DNA of 61,456 bases, counting the filler, from Globobulimina sp. (taxonomy: Eukaryota), in assembly GCA_003354225.1 (NCBI GenBank). It is 18 parts of 18 records of this genome, joined end to end, with 100 filler letters (N's around TTAATTAATTAA, not from the genome) between each part and the next. Parts side by side here need not be neighbours in the genome. Positions count along the whole stretch, not along the records: positions 58,140 to 61,456 come from PIVH01003107.1; 17 more parts are not named here. The stretch is one strand, 5' to 3'. Numbering within the stretch: position 1 is the first letter of the stretch; each line of letters opens with the position of its first letter. The notes under the pieces were generated by a model. That model searched no databases. It saw nothing but the letters and a program-made list of their open reading frames with translations, and was not told where the DNA came from. The position numbers and the translations under genes were made by a program. Positions 58,641 through 61,456 of the stretch are shown one piece after another.

Positions 58641-60504
58641 CTATCTCTTATACGAATTAAGAAAGGACTCATAATACTTATCAGTAACTTTTTGTTGAAT
58701 ATCTTGAATTAATTCATCAATTTCTTTACCATTTACAAAGGCCTCATTTGACGATTGTTCATCTCGCCATTTCAAATTAAATATATTCTTAAAAACTGGT
58801 TTGATATCGCTTGCCTGCAATCTTATAATTTGTCCATTCCTGTGCAATATACATATTATTTTATTTATTTATAAACCTCAAAACAATTACAATTACAAAC
58901 CAGTACAAATACATTTTAACCGCATCCGCTTCCTTAACAATAAACGATAATGTCAACAATGCTCCTTTACAATGAAAACTCGATGTAATATTTGTTTTAG
59001 CCAATTGTTCGTTCGTCGCATTTGGTGAACCCCCCTCATTTTCAGCCTTTTCTGCTTGTGAACCATCACCGTACTCCATATCTGGTAATAAACTCGTTCG
59101 TGACGCATTTATATACCATTCAGGCACCACATCATGCGGAATCTTTCTACAATTTGCAGGTGGCTCATACATCCACGTCGCATCCCCTTTTCCCTTATCT
59201 TTTTTCCTTCGATCAATCAGCGTCACAAACCTTCGATGATTGGGATAACTTTTCTTCTCTGCGGGCTTCGCTTTGCCCAATTTCTTGACAAATCCATCAA
59301 ATATCTCTCCAAAAACCCGAGCTTTAATATCGAGATCCGACTCTGCAGCAAATCTCCCTGCTCCATAAGTTAACTTATTCCCATCCAATTTGCCTTTAAT
59401 ATCGCCCACACAGTCAACAAACCCGCCATTTTTCTCATCCTCGTCGTCATCATCGTCATCGTCCTGCACTCCAAACACCACTTTGTTATCTATCTGCTGC
59501 GGCGGCCCAGACACGACACAAAAATCGAGTTGAAAGGGACAAACCGCAGCATCTTTAAAACGATCATCAATTAAATTACGGATAAAGCTGACTGCCGCAT
59601 GAATATATTTGACCACACTCTCCAAAGAATCATTTATTTGAATCATTGGCGATAATAATAATTTGGGACAGCAGCGAGCACCAAAGGATCGAACTGCGCC
59701 TACCGCCATTTCATGGGGTTGGGAGGGGCCCTTTTCGTCGTTATCGGAGGCTCCTTTGTGAGGGATATGAGAGCGGATTTGTTTTAATGTGCGAAAATGA
59801 GAGTGTTCTTTGGACCATTCATTTTCGGAGAACTGTTTGTGAATATTTTTAATTCTGGAACAGAAATAATCGTCTACTAAATGCTGTAAATAGTCAAATT
59901 TATGTTTTCTGCCAATGGTTAATAAATTTAAAAATACGCCGTCATTTTCCATGCCAGAATTCCATAAAACTGGACATTGCTCGGCATAGATTTCTTTGGT
60001 AGCTTTCAGCTCTTCAGCTGTTATCGCAAATAAATGTTTGTCGACTTGTATATATAAATATAAATATTTTTGCGTATATAAATGTTTTTGTATATATAAT
60101 GTTATATAAATATATAGATTTTTATGCGTACATAATGGCATTTTTACAGTGAATGATATGGTTGGATTGCTGTAACATTTTTGTATGGTATCGATAATTT
60201 GCTGGAATTTGGAAGCGTCATTTTTTGGTGGAGTGGGAAATGGAAAATCTTCATCAAAGTCAATTAACATACACTCTTCTGGTTCGGCACCCAATTCTTC
60301 GATCACATCATCAATATCGAATGAATCTGTTTATACATAATAAGTATATATATGAAAATTTCATCAAATTTGTGTTGGGACACGCATGCATAAAATATAC
60401 TTACTGTCATCACAAAAATCTTCAAACAGGGAATCATACTCAGCGCCCAGACTTTCATAATATCTCTTCAATCCACCACAAATTGTTTTTATTGTCACAG
60501 ACAT
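58641..60504 (-). CDS. Multi-exon hypothetical protein of unknown family
   Basis: ORF pieces 60364-60504, 58861-60306 and 58641-58847 separated by AT-rich GT-AG introns. Confidence 0.75.
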
Positions 60505-60565
60505 TGTGTACAGGTTTTTTTTAATTTTTAATAGTCTGCTGACTGCAGTTACAGTTAATTCGAGC

Positions 60566-61456
60566 ATGCCTTATTTATACACTTGTTCTGATCCAAACTA
60601 TTCCATTTTTGCAGGAATTGATTCGTCAGAGAATGACTTATTAGCCAGGTATGGCTGGCAAAATGATATTTTGTTCCATTTCTCCAGTTGGTCCTCGGGT
60701 CATATTTATCTACGTACACCAATGGAATTTATCGATATGAAGACATTTAAAAAAGTACGCAGTATCACTCATTTTTTCAAATTGTTTAAAATTCCACTCA
60801 ATGTAATCGAAGAATGTTTGCATTTAACAAAATTATCCTCAATAAAAGGCAACAAACTGGATTCTGTTAATATGTATGTACTGTTTTGTTCAATATCATA
60901 TTGTATCAATTATATATATATCCAGAGATATTACGCCATGGTCAAATGTTGAAAAAATCAAAGGTACAAATCCAGGAACCATTCATTTTAAGGATATGAA
61001 ATACGTAACAGTCTTAAATGTGACCTACAAGAATGATAATAGAAAAGCACAGAGTAAACAGGCAAAAAAATCAAAACAGCCAAAGAAAAAGAAAAAAAAA
61101 GTGGAAGAAAAATCAAATGCAGATGATATTTTTTATGATGATTTTGTAAATGATTCAGATGATTCTGATGCAAACGAGCAAAAGATTCAAAATACGAATA
61201 TTTATAATAAAAAAAAATGGAAAAAAAAATTAAAAGCATTGGAAAAGACAAAAAGTTTAATTGATGTTAAAAATGTGGCAAAATATTTAATGGAACAACA
61301 ATTGCAACACAACGAAATAATAAAATCCAAACAGAAAAAAAATAAAAAAAAGTTAAAAGAACAACTGAAAAGGGAAAAATTGCAGAAAAAGAAAGCTCAG
61401 GAACTTAAAAATTATGTCGGTGTGTTTGATAATGGTACCACTATCAATATCCACTA
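60566..61456 (+). CDS. CCDC25/Jlp2-like NFACT-R domain protein, 3' truncated (intron 60874-60925)
   Basis: G.D..EN..L..YGW..DI.FH....SSGHIYLR, ECLHLTK..SIKG, then after splicing ITPWSN; Lys-rich tail. Confidence 0.88.

Overview
The window is not one locus. It is 18 unrelated contigs of about 3.32 kb, sorted by decreasing length and joined by an artificial 100-nt spacer (N44-TTAATTAATTAA-N44), so adjacency across spacers is meaningless. The DNA is AT-rich, gene-dense and eukaryotic, with short GT-AG introns and the standard code. Gene content and style (P-T repeat surface proteins, plant-like PPR protein, bacterial-type NarK transporter, ART-like protein) suggest a foraminiferan/rhizarian assembly, possibly single-cell amplified; this is inference. 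Recognisable genes: PRP8, DNA-PKcs, CCDC25-like, NarK-type transporter, PPR, AGC-like kinase, folate-receptor-like, SPFH, MBOAT, Zn-dependent deaminase, profilin, double-PZP PHD protein, actin-related fusion, 2OG-Fe(II) oxygenase, mitochondrial carrier, C-type lectin, CTL/SLC44 transporter, Patched/NPC1-like, PUB-PARG-like, MFS, START, CCHC-RGG and BTB. Best leads: a motif shared by three introns of one gene in both orientations plus a fold-back intron elsewhere (introner-like); a circularly permuted folate-receptor fold; an actin fused to a Bud6-N-like domain; an H-S-E ART-like protein and a PUB-PARG-like protein; a NarK with an altered substrate site; and a stand-alone deaminase. Two contig starts look foreign or chimeric. 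All family calls are from motif recognition by eye, not database searches.
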